64,000 bases of DNA, from positions 4,821 through 68,820 of IMG/VR virus record IMGVR_UViG_3300036806_000484; one strand, given 5' to 3'. Of this stretch, positions 27,352 through 36,194 are shown one piece after another; positions within the stretch are counted from its first letter, which is position 1; the number at the start of each line of letters is the position of its first letter. Made by a program: the position numbers and the translations under genes. Origin of the DNA: a virus. Under the pieces are notes generated by a model. That model saw only the letters and a list, made by a program, of their open reading frames with translations, had not been told where the DNA came from and ran no database searches.

Positions 27352-27873
27352 ATGGCACGACTCCCAGCGCGATTCATCTCGAAGACCAGAGTCGACCGGA
27401 CGACGGGGTGCTGGAAGTGGACCGGCACAATTCTCAGTCGCGGCTACGGTCAGTATTACGTCGGAGGAGGGCAGAAGAACCGCATTCAACTCTTGGCGCA
27501 TCGCTTTGCATACGAAGTTCTCATCGGGCCCATCCCGTCGGATCTCACCATCGACCACCTGTGTCGGAATCGGGCCTGCGTCAATCCGCTCCACATGGAG
27601 GTTGTCACTCGAGGCGAGAACGTACTGCGCGGCATCGGCACATCGGCTGTCAACAAGCGGAAGAAGAAGTGCATCCACGGTCACGCCTTTACTGACGCGA
27701 ACACATACCGGCCGCCGGGCAACCCCAACCAGCGCATGTGCCGAGAGTGCCTGCGCGCCAGAGACAGGGCCAACAACGCGAAGCGGCGTGCCTACTTCCG
27801 CCGCTACCAACGCAGTGCGCGCGGCCGCGAAGTACAGCGCGCCTACCGCGAGCGAAAGAGAGCCAAGACCTAG
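27352..27873 (+). CDS. HNH homing endonuclease, antisense to the tail operon
   Basis: CWKWTG, GYG, AHRFAY, DHLCRNRACVNPLHMEVVT..EN, CIHGH...CREC. Confidence 0.9.
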   Translation: MARLPARFISKTRVDRTTGCWKWTGTILSRGYGQYYVGGGQKNRIQLLAHRFAYEVLIGPIPSDLTIDHLCRNRACVNPLHMEVVTRGENVLRGIGTSAVNKRKKKCIHGHAFTDANTYRPPGNPNQRMCRECLRARDRANNAKRRAYFRRYQRSARGREVQRAYRERKRAKT

Positions 27874-27889
27874 CGACATCGCGTCTCTC

Positions 27890-28234
27890 CTACTTCATCA
27901 GCAGTTGAAGCGTGCGCGCGCCAGACTCTCCGTCTGCCGCGTCCGAGGAGAGCTCGATGTAGTTACAGCCCGCGATCGCATCGGCGAACGTGCCGGTGAT
28001 GCCCACGGTCGTTCCCTGCGCGACGACGATGTTCACCGGGGCGCCTGTGGCGTCGTACAGCGGCTGGTACGTGCCGCCGCGTGTCGGGGCGACCTTCACC
28101 TGGAGGTGGGTCCCGTCAAAGGTGGCCGGCAGGACTACCGTGAACATCGTGTAGTTGCCGCCGATCTCGATTTCCGAGGAGTCGGCGGCGCTCGAGGCGA
28201 TCGTCGCGGTGCGAACAGCTGGCTGGATATACAT
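27890..28234 (-). CDS. Small beta-rich structural protein
   Basis: 114 aa; strong AAGGAG SD. Confidence 0.65.
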   Translation of the reverse strand: MYIQPAVRTATIASSAADSSEIEIGGNYTMFTVVLPATFDGTHLQVKVAPTRGGTYQPLYDATGAPVNIVVAQGTTVGITGTFADAIAGCNYIELSSDAADGESGARTLQLLMK

Positions 28235-28246
28235 GGCCTATTCTCC

Positions 28247-28378
28247 TTAGCGCCGGCGACGTCGGTCGCGGCGCCCGAAGCGTTCGTGGTCGGTGGTACT
28301 GGACGCGCCCCCACCGCCAGCGCCACCGAAATAGCCCTGACGGAAAAACTTCTGGGCAAAGAACCCCTGGCGGAACAT
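28247..28378 (-). CDS. 43-aa peptide with aromatic repeats and an Arg-rich tail
   Basis: MFRQGFFAQKFFRQGYFGGAGGGGASSTTDHERFGRRDRRRRR; TGATG coupling; fills the gap exactly. Confidence 0.6.
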   Translation of the reverse strand: MFRQGFFAQKFFRQGYFGGAGGGGASSTTDHERFGRRDRRRRR

Positions 28379-29205
28379 CAGCTTGCGTCCCTCGTGACGG
28401 CGGTGCGATTGAAGCTGCCGTCGATGGTTGCGGTAAGCCTGTCCTTCGTGTCGTTGAAGTCCCGGTACTTCTCGGTGCCGGTGCCCGCTCCGGTGTTCTT
28501 GCTAAAGAGGGCAGAGGCCCCCAAACGGAACCATCCGCGGAGTGTGAGATTGGTCTCCACTCCCGCCGCACCGTCGAGGGCGCCGTCCAGGGCACCGGCC
28601 GCGCTCGACACCATGGTGGACTGAAAAGGCAGCGTCGAGACGCCCCGCGGAGCCGCGAACACCCGGACGAAAACGCCGAGCGAGGTCGCGGTCAGCGGCG
28701 AGTTCGGGAACAGCAGCGTGTCGTTGGCGGTGTTCGTGGTCGCGAGCTCCTCGATGAAGACCTCGCCGATCCCGTCCACCATCACCCAGTTTCCCACGGT
28801 GATGCCCGCGAAGCGTCCGGCCGGCATGACGATCTGCACGGTGTTGCTGCCGGTCGCGGCAACGCCAGCCTGCTTGATGCCCTCGTTGTTCAGCCTGGTG
28901 TTGAAGGTGATAACGACCTCACCGACGACTGAACTGCCGCCGACCGTTCCGGTCGTGATCGTGGCGCCGAAATCCTCGCTGAACGGGTAGGTCGTGGCAT
29001 CGGTCATGTCGATCGCCAACCGATTGTAGCCCGTGACGCCATCGTAATCGACCACCAGCGTCACGCCGGTCGTGAACTGCGTCACGCCGCCCGCGCCGCT
29101 GTAGACGCTGATGGCTGGCGTGCCCGAGAGCGTGGCCGGCACCCCGGCTGCCCGGCAGGTGAACCAGTGGTAGTGGGTGCGGCCCGGAATCCGTCTGACG
29201 CTCAT
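28378..29205 (-). CDS. Structural/appendage protein
   Basis: Thr/Gly-rich 275 aa; C-terminal TEKYRD..DTKDRL.ATIDG.FNRT. Confidence 0.65.
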   Translation of the reverse strand: MSVRRIPGRTHYHWFTCRAAGVPATLSGTPAISVYSGAGGVTQFTTGVTLVVDYDGVTGYNRLAIDMTDATTYPFSEDFGATITTGTVGGSSVVGEVVITFNTRLNNEGIKQAGVAATGSNTVQIVMPAGRFAGITVGNWVMVDGIGEVFIEELATTNTANDTLLFPNSPLTATSLGVFVRVFAAPRGVSTLPFQSTMVSSAAGALDGALDGAAGVETNLTLRGWFRLGASALFSKNTGAGTGTEKYRDFNDTKDRLTATIDGSFNRTAVTRDAS

Positions 29206-29486
29206 GCGTCACCTCGCGAGGAGATAGTGGGCTCCCCCATCGGCTCGGGGCGCAGGCGTTCGGCCAGTGTGTCTGTGATCTCGTGCGCCTCGAGCTCGCG
29301 AAGCCGATTCACCTTGCCGGCCATCGCGCCGGGGTGCTTGGCGAGGACCCGCGTCACCGCGTCGTCCTCGTTGGCCGCGCGGACGTGGTGGAGGACCGTG
29401 AGTTTCGAGGGGTCCGAGGCCGGCGTGCTGCGCGCCGACAGAACCTCGACCTCGAAGACGGCGACGGGATCGGTGCTGGTGTCCAT
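29202..29486 (-). CDS. Hypothetical protein
   Basis: 94 aa with AAGGAG SD. Confidence 0.6.
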   Translation of the reverse strand: MDTSTDPVAVFEVEVLSARSTPASDPSKLTVLHHVRAANEDDAVTRVLAKHPGAMAGKVNRLRELEAHEITDTLAERLRPEPMGEPTISSRGDA

Positions 29487-29497
29487 TGTATTGCTCC

Positions 29498-30628
29498 TTA
29501 GCCTACAGGTCCGCCGACGCCGACCGGCCGCGCGCCAGCGACGCTGATGCCATCATTCACGCCGACGATGCCCAGGGAGAACCAGAAGGGCAGTTTGGTC
29601 GGCGTCTTGGTCCACGCCCCGCCGGCGCGCGTCGCAAAGCCAGCAACGATGCCCGAGAGCAACTGCACCTCATTGGCCGTCGAGAAGGTCAGCGTGTGGA
29701 TCGTCACGTTGGTCGCGCCAGCAGGCGTGACCGCGAGGAAGATGTCGCCATTCGCCACCGAGGCGGCGTAGTCGGTGAACGCGGCCTCCATCATTCCGCC
29801 CGTCGCATCGGCGCGCCAGTTTTTGGAACTGATGGGAACGGTCTTCTTGGATGTCGTCCCCTCGTACAGCGTGAAGGTGAAGTCGCCGCCGGCAACCGTG
29901 CGGATGAATGCCGCGAGTCTTGCGAGGTAAAGCGGCTCGCCCGGCGTGAGGTACAGCCCCTGCTCGTTGGTGCCGGTGTTGTTGAACGTCACCGTCGTGA
30001 CCGCGGCGCTGATGGCTGGGTAGCACCCCTCCAGCGTCCCGTAGTGCGTGCCGGTGGCGTCGACGAACGTGAAGGCGGGCATGTCGCCCGAGGTGTACAC
30101 GGCGTAGGTCGTGCCGTTGTAGTACGTCGCGACGGGGTACTGGGGCGCGATCGCACCGCCCGATGGCGGGCAGGCGATCTGGACCGAACCCGAGACGTAG
30201 GCCGAGAAGTCCCAGACAACCGTGCGCAGCGCGCCATGCGCCACCCCGGTGTCGTCGACCGTGAAGTTGGTCGTAAAGTTGGTATTGCTCGCCGGGTTGG
30301 TATGCAGGCCGTTCGTGCTGCCGGCTGTTCCGTTGTCGCGTGCCGGGGGGCCGTTCGACAGGTCAGTGGTCCGCGTGCCTACGCGCACGATCGTGCCCGC
30401 GTTCGGCGCCGCTGTCAGCGTCCGCCACAAGATCGAGTGGATGTCGTGAGTCCCGCCGTCGTCCCACTTGACCGTGCCCGTGACCATGATGCGCTCGTTG
30501 GCGCTGGCGGCCGCGCCCAGGGCCTGACCGGTCTGGAGCGCGGGCGCGCTCCCGCCGCTGGTTACCGATAACGCGGGCCACGATGGGACCATTGCCGCCG
30601 CCCCACCCGGGAATCTCACCTTTGCCAT
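29498..30628 (-). CDS. Structural/appendage protein
   Basis: 376 aa, beta-rich, T/G/A-rich; TAATG coupling. Confidence 0.65.
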   Translation of the reverse strand: MAKVRFPGGAAAMVPSWPALSVTSGGSAPALQTGQALGAAASANERIMVTGTVKWDDGGTHDIHSILWRTLTAAPNAGTIVRVGTRTTDLSNGPPARDNGTAGSTNGLHTNPASNTNFTTNFTVDDTGVAHGALRTVVWDFSAYVSGSVQIACPPSGGAIAPQYPVATYYNGTTYAVYTSGDMPAFTFVDATGTHYGTLEGCYPAISAAVTTVTFNNTGTNEQGLYLTPGEPLYLARLAAFIRTVAGGDFTFTLYEGTTSKKTVPISSKNWRADATGGMMEAAFTDYAASVANGDIFLAVTPAGATNVTIHTLTFSTANEVQLLSGIVAGFATRAGGAWTKTPTKLPFWFSLGIVGVNDGISVAGARPVGVGGPVG

Positions 30629-32502
30629 TAGGCCGCCATCCCCATCGGCTTGGAGCCAATGCCGATCATGTCGAATTGGTCAGAACTGGTCCCATCATTC
30701 ACGCTGTTGGTGGTCCCGCGGTACTGGTGGAACTGCCATGAGCCGACGGAGATGTTGCGCTGCGTCCCGCTGGCCTTCGTGTAGTCGAAGTAGAGCACGC
30801 CGTTGATCCAGCCCTCGAAGTCGGTCGTGCCATCGCCGTTGTCCTTGACGTGCGACTCGAAGACGACCCAAGTACCCAGCAGCGAGTTCATGTTGGGCGC
30901 CGGCAGATTGACGTTGGGGCCAAGATTATGCGACGGATCCACTGTGTCGAAGCGGAAAATGATCCCGCCGGGATTACTGTTGTAGCTATTGCCCAGCAGC
31001 CACGAGCATCGGGTCACGCCGTTCCCGATGGCGTGGCGGCGAGCGAGCTTCACCTCGTCAACGTTACTGGTGCCCGACTGTGGCCCACTCGTCGGCGCGT
31101 TGAACGGGTTCGACTGCTTATAGGCGAACCGTTCAAAATCCTCAGTGACCGCAGCCGCACGCTTGTAGTAGAACTCAGTGCCGGTGTTGTAGCCCACCGC
31201 GCCGTTGTTCGGGGTCGGGGCTACCGTGCAACTGACGGCCGTGCCGCCCGAGGTAACGAAGGTGAAGTGGTCGGCATCAATCTTGGTCCCGGTCCCAGCT
31301 TGGTTCGGGGACACGTTGAAGGTGCCGCCCACGATCGCCGCGACGTTGACGCTCTTGGTCGCCCCCCATGATGCACAGGCACCGGGCGCGTGGAAGACTG
31401 CGGGGCTCGCGACCGAGACGTCGGTAACCTGGAATCCGGTCTGCGAGTAGACCTGCCGCACGCACTGGGCGCCGATGTAGGCGTCGGCGTACCGATCCCA
31501 CGGCGTGTTCTCGATGAATGCCTGGTTGCCGGCATTGATGAATGGCCCGTCGGCTGCGGCATCCGATGCGCCCTCGAAACTGTTTCCTGCTGTGCCGTTG
31601 TTCGGCGTGACGTCCGGGGTGTCGCACATCGCTACCGTGGGATCTGCGCCCTGGCCGGTCATGTGAATACCGTTGATGCTCGCCGAGACGGTCAGCGCGC
31701 TACGATCGGCGGAACCCAGGGTGAGGGCGGTGAACGTGAACGTGTAGGTGCCATCGCCGTTATCCACCACTGACGAGAGCGCCCACGACCCGGAATTCGT
31801 CCCGGTCACCGACGCTATGACAACTGGGCCGCCGCTTGCGCCGATCGCCACGCCAGCGGCCTTCGCCGTCACCGTGAAGGTCGCGATAACCGCACCACCG
31901 CCGGTTCCGATCACCACTCTCGTTGTCGATCCAACGAGGGTGGATGTCGCGTCGCCCAGACCGCCCGAGACGGTGCCGGTCACGGTGACAGTGGCCTCGA
32001 GCGTGACGCTGCGGACCTTGAACGTGAAGACGTGGGCGCTCGCGTCGGTCGTGGTGAACGAGGCGGTCGAGACGCCATTGGCGTCTGCGGCGCTGAAGGC
32101 GCCGAGCGTTCCGGTGCCGGTGAACGTCGCCGTGGGGACGTCGCCCGCGATGGCGGCGCTCTTGATGCCCTTCACGTTGACCGTCAGCGTCGCCTGCTGG
32201 GAGCCGTCGTTCTTGATCGTGAGAGCGTTGGTGCTGGCGGTCGAATTGTGCGCCGACGGCCCGTAGGCCGAGTCCGCAGCCTTGCCGAGAGGCGTCGCCA
32301 AGAGCACGGCGATTGGCATCGCTAGCATGAGCCCACGAACACCTCGACCGGCGTGGGCCGAGATCGCGTTGAAGAGCACCGACAGGCTCGGCGTAGCGTG
32401 CGCGACGACGTGCACCGTGGCCAGCGCCCGGCTCGGAGCCATGAGCACGAGGCCGACGATAGCGCCGGCGAACTTGACGAGGAACCAAGCGAGGCGGCGC
32501 AT
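30628..32502 (-). CDS. Signal-peptide-like protein with Ig-like repeats and a C-terminal lectin-like (ConA/LamG) region
   Basis: ATG at 32502 overlaps the upstream TGA; MRRLAWFLVKFAGAIVGLVLMAPSRALA; VDNGDGTYTFTFTA; WVVFESHVK...FEGWING. Confidence 0.65.
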   Translation of the reverse strand: MRRLAWFLVKFAGAIVGLVLMAPSRALATVHVVAHATPSLSVLFNAISAHAGRGVRGLMLAMPIAVLLATPLGKAADSAYGPSAHNSTASTNALTIKNDGSQQATLTVNVKGIKSAAIAGDVPTATFTGTGTLGAFSAADANGVSTASFTTTDASAHVFTFKVRSVTLEATVTVTGTVSGGLGDATSTLVGSTTRVVIGTGGGAVIATFTVTAKAAGVAIGASGGPVVIASVTGTNSGSWALSSVVDNGDGTYTFTFTALTLGSADRSALTVSASINGIHMTGQGADPTVAMCDTPDVTPNNGTAGNSFEGASDAAADGPFINAGNQAFIENTPWDRYADAYIGAQCVRQVYSQTGFQVTDVSVASPAVFHAPGACASWGATKSVNVAAIVGGTFNVSPNQAGTGTKIDADHFTFVTSGGTAVSCTVAPTPNNGAVGYNTGTEFYYKRAAAVTEDFERFAYKQSNPFNAPTSGPQSGTSNVDEVKLARRHAIGNGVTRCSWLLGNSYNSNPGGIIFRFDTVDPSHNLGPNVNLPAPNMNSLLGTWVVFESHVKDNGDGTTDFEGWINGVLYFDYTKASGTQRNISVGSWQFHQYRGTTNSVNDGTSSDQFDMIGIGSKPMGMAA

Positions 32503-33185
32503 CAGTACCTGTTCGCTATGCGGTAAGGCTTCCGGAATTCCCGTGGGCCCTTGGTGGTACGAACGATGCCGCGCGCCTTCTCCCGCCACTGCGTCAACGC
32601 CTGGGCAATCTTGCTCTCGAGGTCGGTGAAGCCCGGCAGCCAGTTCTCTTCCTTGGCCGCGTTCGCCGCTTCCGCCGCGATCAGATACCGCGCCTCGATC
32701 GGGAAGTCGAGGGTCACGCCGTCGGCGAGCTCGGGGTGACGGTAGTGGTAGTCGAGATAGCACGTCGTCGGCGGGTTGGCGCCGCGGGTGATCCACAGTT
32801 GCTCGCCCTGGACGTAGTAGAAGTCCCCACGCAGGCTCAGGTCCTCGTCTCCGACCTGGCGCCCCCACCGGTTGCCGTTGGCCTCGGTGATGGCGGAAAG
32901 CCGCTTGTTGCCGAAGGTGCGGAGAAAATCGTCCGGCACCGCGACGTAGCGACCACCAGTCGTGTCGTCGGATCCCACGAAGACCAGCGCCGCGCTCCTC
33001 GATCGCCAGCCCGTGTAACCCATCTTCAGCAGCCACCGCTGCGCTTCCCTGATCCCGGTCGTCAGGAAGAGGTATCCGACCTCGTCCTGCGCCTCGCCGT
33101 TCTGGGTGAGCGCCGGATCGTCAGGCGCCACCCCGGTGAGGCGGTAGAAGGCCGCGAGCAGGGAAGCCGCAGTGGTGATCTCCAT
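32502..33185 (-). CDS. Head-tail adaptor (P22 gp4/tail tubular A-like)
   Basis: YVAVPDDFLR, YYVQGEQLWI, LDYHYRHP.L; position after head genes. Confidence 0.65.
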   Translation of the reverse strand: MEITTAASLLAAFYRLTGVAPDDPALTQNGEAQDEVGYLFLTTGIREAQRWLLKMGYTGWRSRSAALVFVGSDDTTGGRYVAVPDDFLRTFGNKRLSAITEANGNRWGRQVGDEDLSLRGDFYYVQGEQLWITRGANPPTTCYLDYHYRHPELADGVTLDFPIEARYLIAAEAANAAKEENWLPGFTDLESKIAQALTQWREKARGIVRTTKGPREFRKPYRIANRY

Positions 33186-33848
33186 CTAGATCTCGGGCTG
33201 CGCGTTGGACTCGGCCACCGCCTCGGTGCGCAGTGCCTCGTCCGCCTTCTGGGCGTCAACCTTCTTGCCCTTGAACTCGCTGCCATCGGAGAGCTGCCAG
33301 ACGTTCCCATGCTTGTGTATCGGGAAGCCGTAAACGACCGGCACATTCTCGGGCGCCGGCGCGGCGACGGGAGCCTCGGCTGCCGGGGCCGACGGAGTGG
33401 CCGCGCTTTCCACGCGGCGGCGGGCGATCTCCTCGACGAACTGCCGAACCGTGAGGCCGCTGTCCACGATCTCGGCCGCCAGCTCGTTCTTGGCGGACTC
33501 GATCGCGCGGTTACGCCGTTCGGCGGCCAGTTCTTCCTCGGTCGGCATGTGCCACTCTTCCCAGGACAGGTTGCCGTTCCCCTGCTGGTTCGGGACGATC
33601 AGCATCGTCTCCATGACGGCGGGACCGCGGGTCATGATCGTGTAGGCCGGCTCTCCGGTCGTGGGGTGCTTCTTCATGACGTCGTTGCCGTCCCGGTCCT
33701 TCTTGACCGAGGCGGGGCCAGCCATCATCCTGCTGCGCTTGTAGATCGGTCGACCGTCCGGCGTCCGACCGACGATCACGGCCCCTTCGGGCGGTTCCAC
33801 GTCGACAATGAGTGGCTTGATTTTCGGAAGCGTCGCGCTCGACATCAC
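33186..33848 (-). CDS. Hypothetical protein
   Basis: 220-aa ORF in the late operon. Confidence 0.65.
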   Translation of the reverse strand: MMSSATLPKIKPLIVDVEPPEGAVIVGRTPDGRPIYKRSRMMAGPASVKKDRDGNDVMKKHPTTGEPAYTIMTRGPAVMETMLIVPNQQGNGNLSWEEWHMPTEEELAAERRNRAIESAKNELAAEIVDSGLTVRQFVEEIARRRVESAATPSAPAAEAPVAAPAPENVPVVYGFPIHKHGNVWQLSDGSEFKGKKVDAQKADEALRTEAVAESNAQPEI

Positions 33849-34444
33849 TTCTCCTCGCGTTTGAGATCCACAGCAACAGGGACTACAGGAATCTTGAGCA
33901 GCGAGCGCCGGCGGTCGCGGGCGGTCGCTTTGGCGTCCTCGCGCTTGCCAGCGCGCAGCTTTACGGCGGCCTCGTCATCGGCCGCGAGCGCCTTCTTCAC
34001 TGATTCTTCTACGGACTGGAACTCTCCACGGCCGCTGAAGGTGTCGCCCTTCTCGAGAAATTCGCGCACGCCCGAGGCACCCATCTGGCAGATGTCGAGC
34101 GGGACGTAGCGACCGTGCCGGACTGGCCGTCCGTTCACGATCTCGCCCGTTGGCTTGCCATCGAGCGGGTTGTTCTGGTGAAACCAGATGTCCTCGGTCG
34201 GCGGTGCGGCGGCCCGCCCCTCCTGGTACATGATCATCCGTCGATCGTTGGACCGGAGGCTGAAACGCGCCATCCATCCACCGACCGGGATGAAGTGAAG
34301 CGTGCCGGTGCGCCCATGCCTGCGAGCGTACAGCTCCACCTCGTCCACGATCTCGACCGGAGCAGCGGGTAGCCCATTACTGCCGACTCGAACAGTCGAG
34401 CCGAGCCGAAGTGTGCCGCCCGCCATGCCGGTCGCGATCGTCAT
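33845..34444 (-). CDS. Hypothetical protein
   Basis: 199-aa ORF in the late operon. Confidence 0.65.
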   Translation of the reverse strand: MTIATGMAGGTLRLGSTVRVGSNGLPAAPVEIVDEVELYARRHGRTGTLHFIPVGGWMARFSLRSNDRRMIMYQEGRAAAPPTEDIWFHQNNPLDGKPTGEIVNGRPVRHGRYVPLDICQMGASGVREFLEKGDTFSGRGEFQSVEESVKKALAADDEAAVKLRAGKREDAKATARDRRRSLLKIPVVPVAVDLKREEK

Positions 34445-34447
34445 GAC

Positions 34448-35518
34448 CTACAGGCCGTCAGCCGTGAAGGAGTCCTGATAGGTCGGCAGCGCCGGCCGGG
34501 TAACCTGGTGCGAGTTGAAGCCGCTGGGCACGTTCCGGTTCCAACCCAGTGCGTCGCCGTCGGTGATGGTCGACGTAACGCTGGTGGCGTCCCAGTGGGT
34601 GGTCTTGGCTGTGAACGTCCCGGCCGCTTGGTTGCTGACCTTGATCAGCGCCAGCGGCACGAAGAGCGACGGCAGGCGGTCGACCACGAGGTCGGAGTGC
34701 GCCAGGGCGATGGCGGCCGTGGTCTGGCCGATCGCGGTGGCTCCAGGCGTACCCTCTCCATTCAGCGTGACAAATCCCGTCCCCACGAGGTTCGAGAGAA
34801 CGAGGATGTTGCCGTACTTGAGTGTTGCGATCGTGTCGGCGTCCGTGAGCGCCTGCGCCGCGGCGGCCGCTATCTGCGCGACCTTGAGACCGTTGATGTT
34901 CAGGTCCCATGTGTCGTGGCCGAAGGTCGTGGAGGCTGCCGTCAGCGTCGAGGCGGCGCCGGGCGCGGCGTTCATCCCGCTGATGCGCTTGCGGGGACCA
35001 CGCTCGTAGTAGATCACCGCCGTCGCCGTCGCCACGGTCAGGTTGTCGGTCCCGATGTTGAAGGCCGATCCCGTCTTGATGATGGTCAGGTAGCCCAGCG
35101 TGACCGCGCCTGCGGTCGGGGCCAGTCCGCCCATTGCCAGCAGGGCGATCTGCGCCGAGGCGTAGCCGCCGACCGTCGGTGACGACTTCGCCGTCACGGC
35201 GCCCAGCTTGTCGATCTCGATGCGCCACGAGCCGTAGTTGTTCTGGCTGATGTCGCCGAGATCCTCGAGTGTGATCGTGGCGGGCATGACGGCGGTATAG
35301 ACCACCCCGCCGATGCGGTAGCGCACCACCCCAGTCGCCGCGAGCGTGACAGCGGCGCCAGCCGAGAAGAGGTAGCTGCCGCTTTCCACGCCGTCCGCTG
35401 TGATGCCGGGGTCAATGTTGTTGATCAGAGATTCGCGGCCGAGAACGGCCGTGTTGATCCACTGGAGCACCTTCCGGAACGTGGCCCAGCCGGTGCCGTA
35501 CAGTCGGATGCCAGACAT
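34448..35518 (-). CDS. Putative capsid decoration protein with a duplicated domain
   Basis: Near the capsid gene; two similar halves (YRIGG/LNING, NYG/KYG, AQIAL/AAIAL, F..GT/F..KT). Confidence 0.55.
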   Translation of the reverse strand: MSGIRLYGTGWATFRKVLQWINTAVLGRESLINNIDPGITADGVESGSYLFSAGAAVTLAATGVVRYRIGGVVYTAVMPATITLEDLGDISQNNYGSWRIEIDKLGAVTAKSSPTVGGYASAQIALLAMGGLAPTAGAVTLGYLTIIKTGSAFNIGTDNLTVATATAVIYYERGPRKRISGMNAAPGAASTLTAASTTFGHDTWDLNINGLKVAQIAAAAAQALTDADTIATLKYGNILVLSNLVGTGFVTLNGEGTPGATAIGQTTAAIALAHSDLVVDRLPSLFVPLALIKVSNQAAGTFTAKTTHWDATSVTSTITDGDALGWNRNVPSGFNSHQVTRPALPTYQDSFTADGL

Positions 35519-35609
35519 GATCTTCTCCTCTGCGCCGAAGACTTGGGCGCTTGCAGCCGTTTACGTCGATCGCGGCCCGGTCAGGCTCCGCGGCGTGAGT
35601 ATCGTCTTT

Positions 35610-36128
35610 CTACTCGAGGTGCGTCCATATCTTTCGGCGCACGATCTGACTGATCAGCGGCTGGCTGACGTGATACTTTCTTGCCAGCGCTGCGGTGCTG
35701 ACATCGCCTTGGGCGTAGCGCGCGCGAATCGCTCGTACCTTTTTGTCCGTGAGCTTCGCCCGTCCGTGCTCTGCTCCCCGCGTTTGGAGTCCAGTCCTGT
35801 AAGCGTGCAACTGATTCTCGGACCTAGTGCACCACTCCAGATTGTCCGCGCGGTTATCATCCTTGACGCCATTCTTGTGGTTCGGCGCGCAGTCCTCCGG
35901 GGGGTTGCCCAGGAACGCTCTCGCAACGACTTGGTGAACGAAGAAATGCGCCGCGAGACGAGCGCCGTCTCTCCGAAGCCCGACTCGCAGGTAACCTTGA
36001 GGATTCGGCGTCCCGATGAGCACGAGCCCCGGGCGCGTTCCAGATGCCGGTGCTGAGCGCCTGATGCGCCCGAGACTCGAGACTTCATAGGGCCAGCCCT
36101 CAATGTTCCTCCACTGTTCCTGTGCCAC
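35610..36128 (-). CDS. NUMOD4-HNH homing endonuclease with C-terminal HTH
   Basis: EQWRNIEG..YEVSSLGRIR, VHQVVARAF, NHKNGVKDDNRADNLEW, AKLT...VRAIR. Confidence 0.9.
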   Translation of the reverse strand: MAQEQWRNIEGWPYEVSSLGRIRRSAPASGTRPGLVLIGTPNPQGYLRVGLRRDGARLAAHFFVHQVVARAFLGNPPEDCAPNHKNGVKDDNRADNLEWCTRSENQLHAYRTGLQTRGAEHGRAKLTDKKVRAIRARYAQGDVSTAALARKYHVSQPLISQIVRRKIWTHLE

Positions 36129-36194
36129 GGCTCTCGACTCCTGCTAGGGTGAACCGACATCATAACGTCCACCCTAGTAGTAGCGTAAGAGCCG

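Noticed and set aside
32503-33036. N-terminal 178 aa of the tracked 802-aa ORF
   Set aside because: Out-of-frame overlap with the adaptor gene; the coupled ATG at 32502 is the better start.
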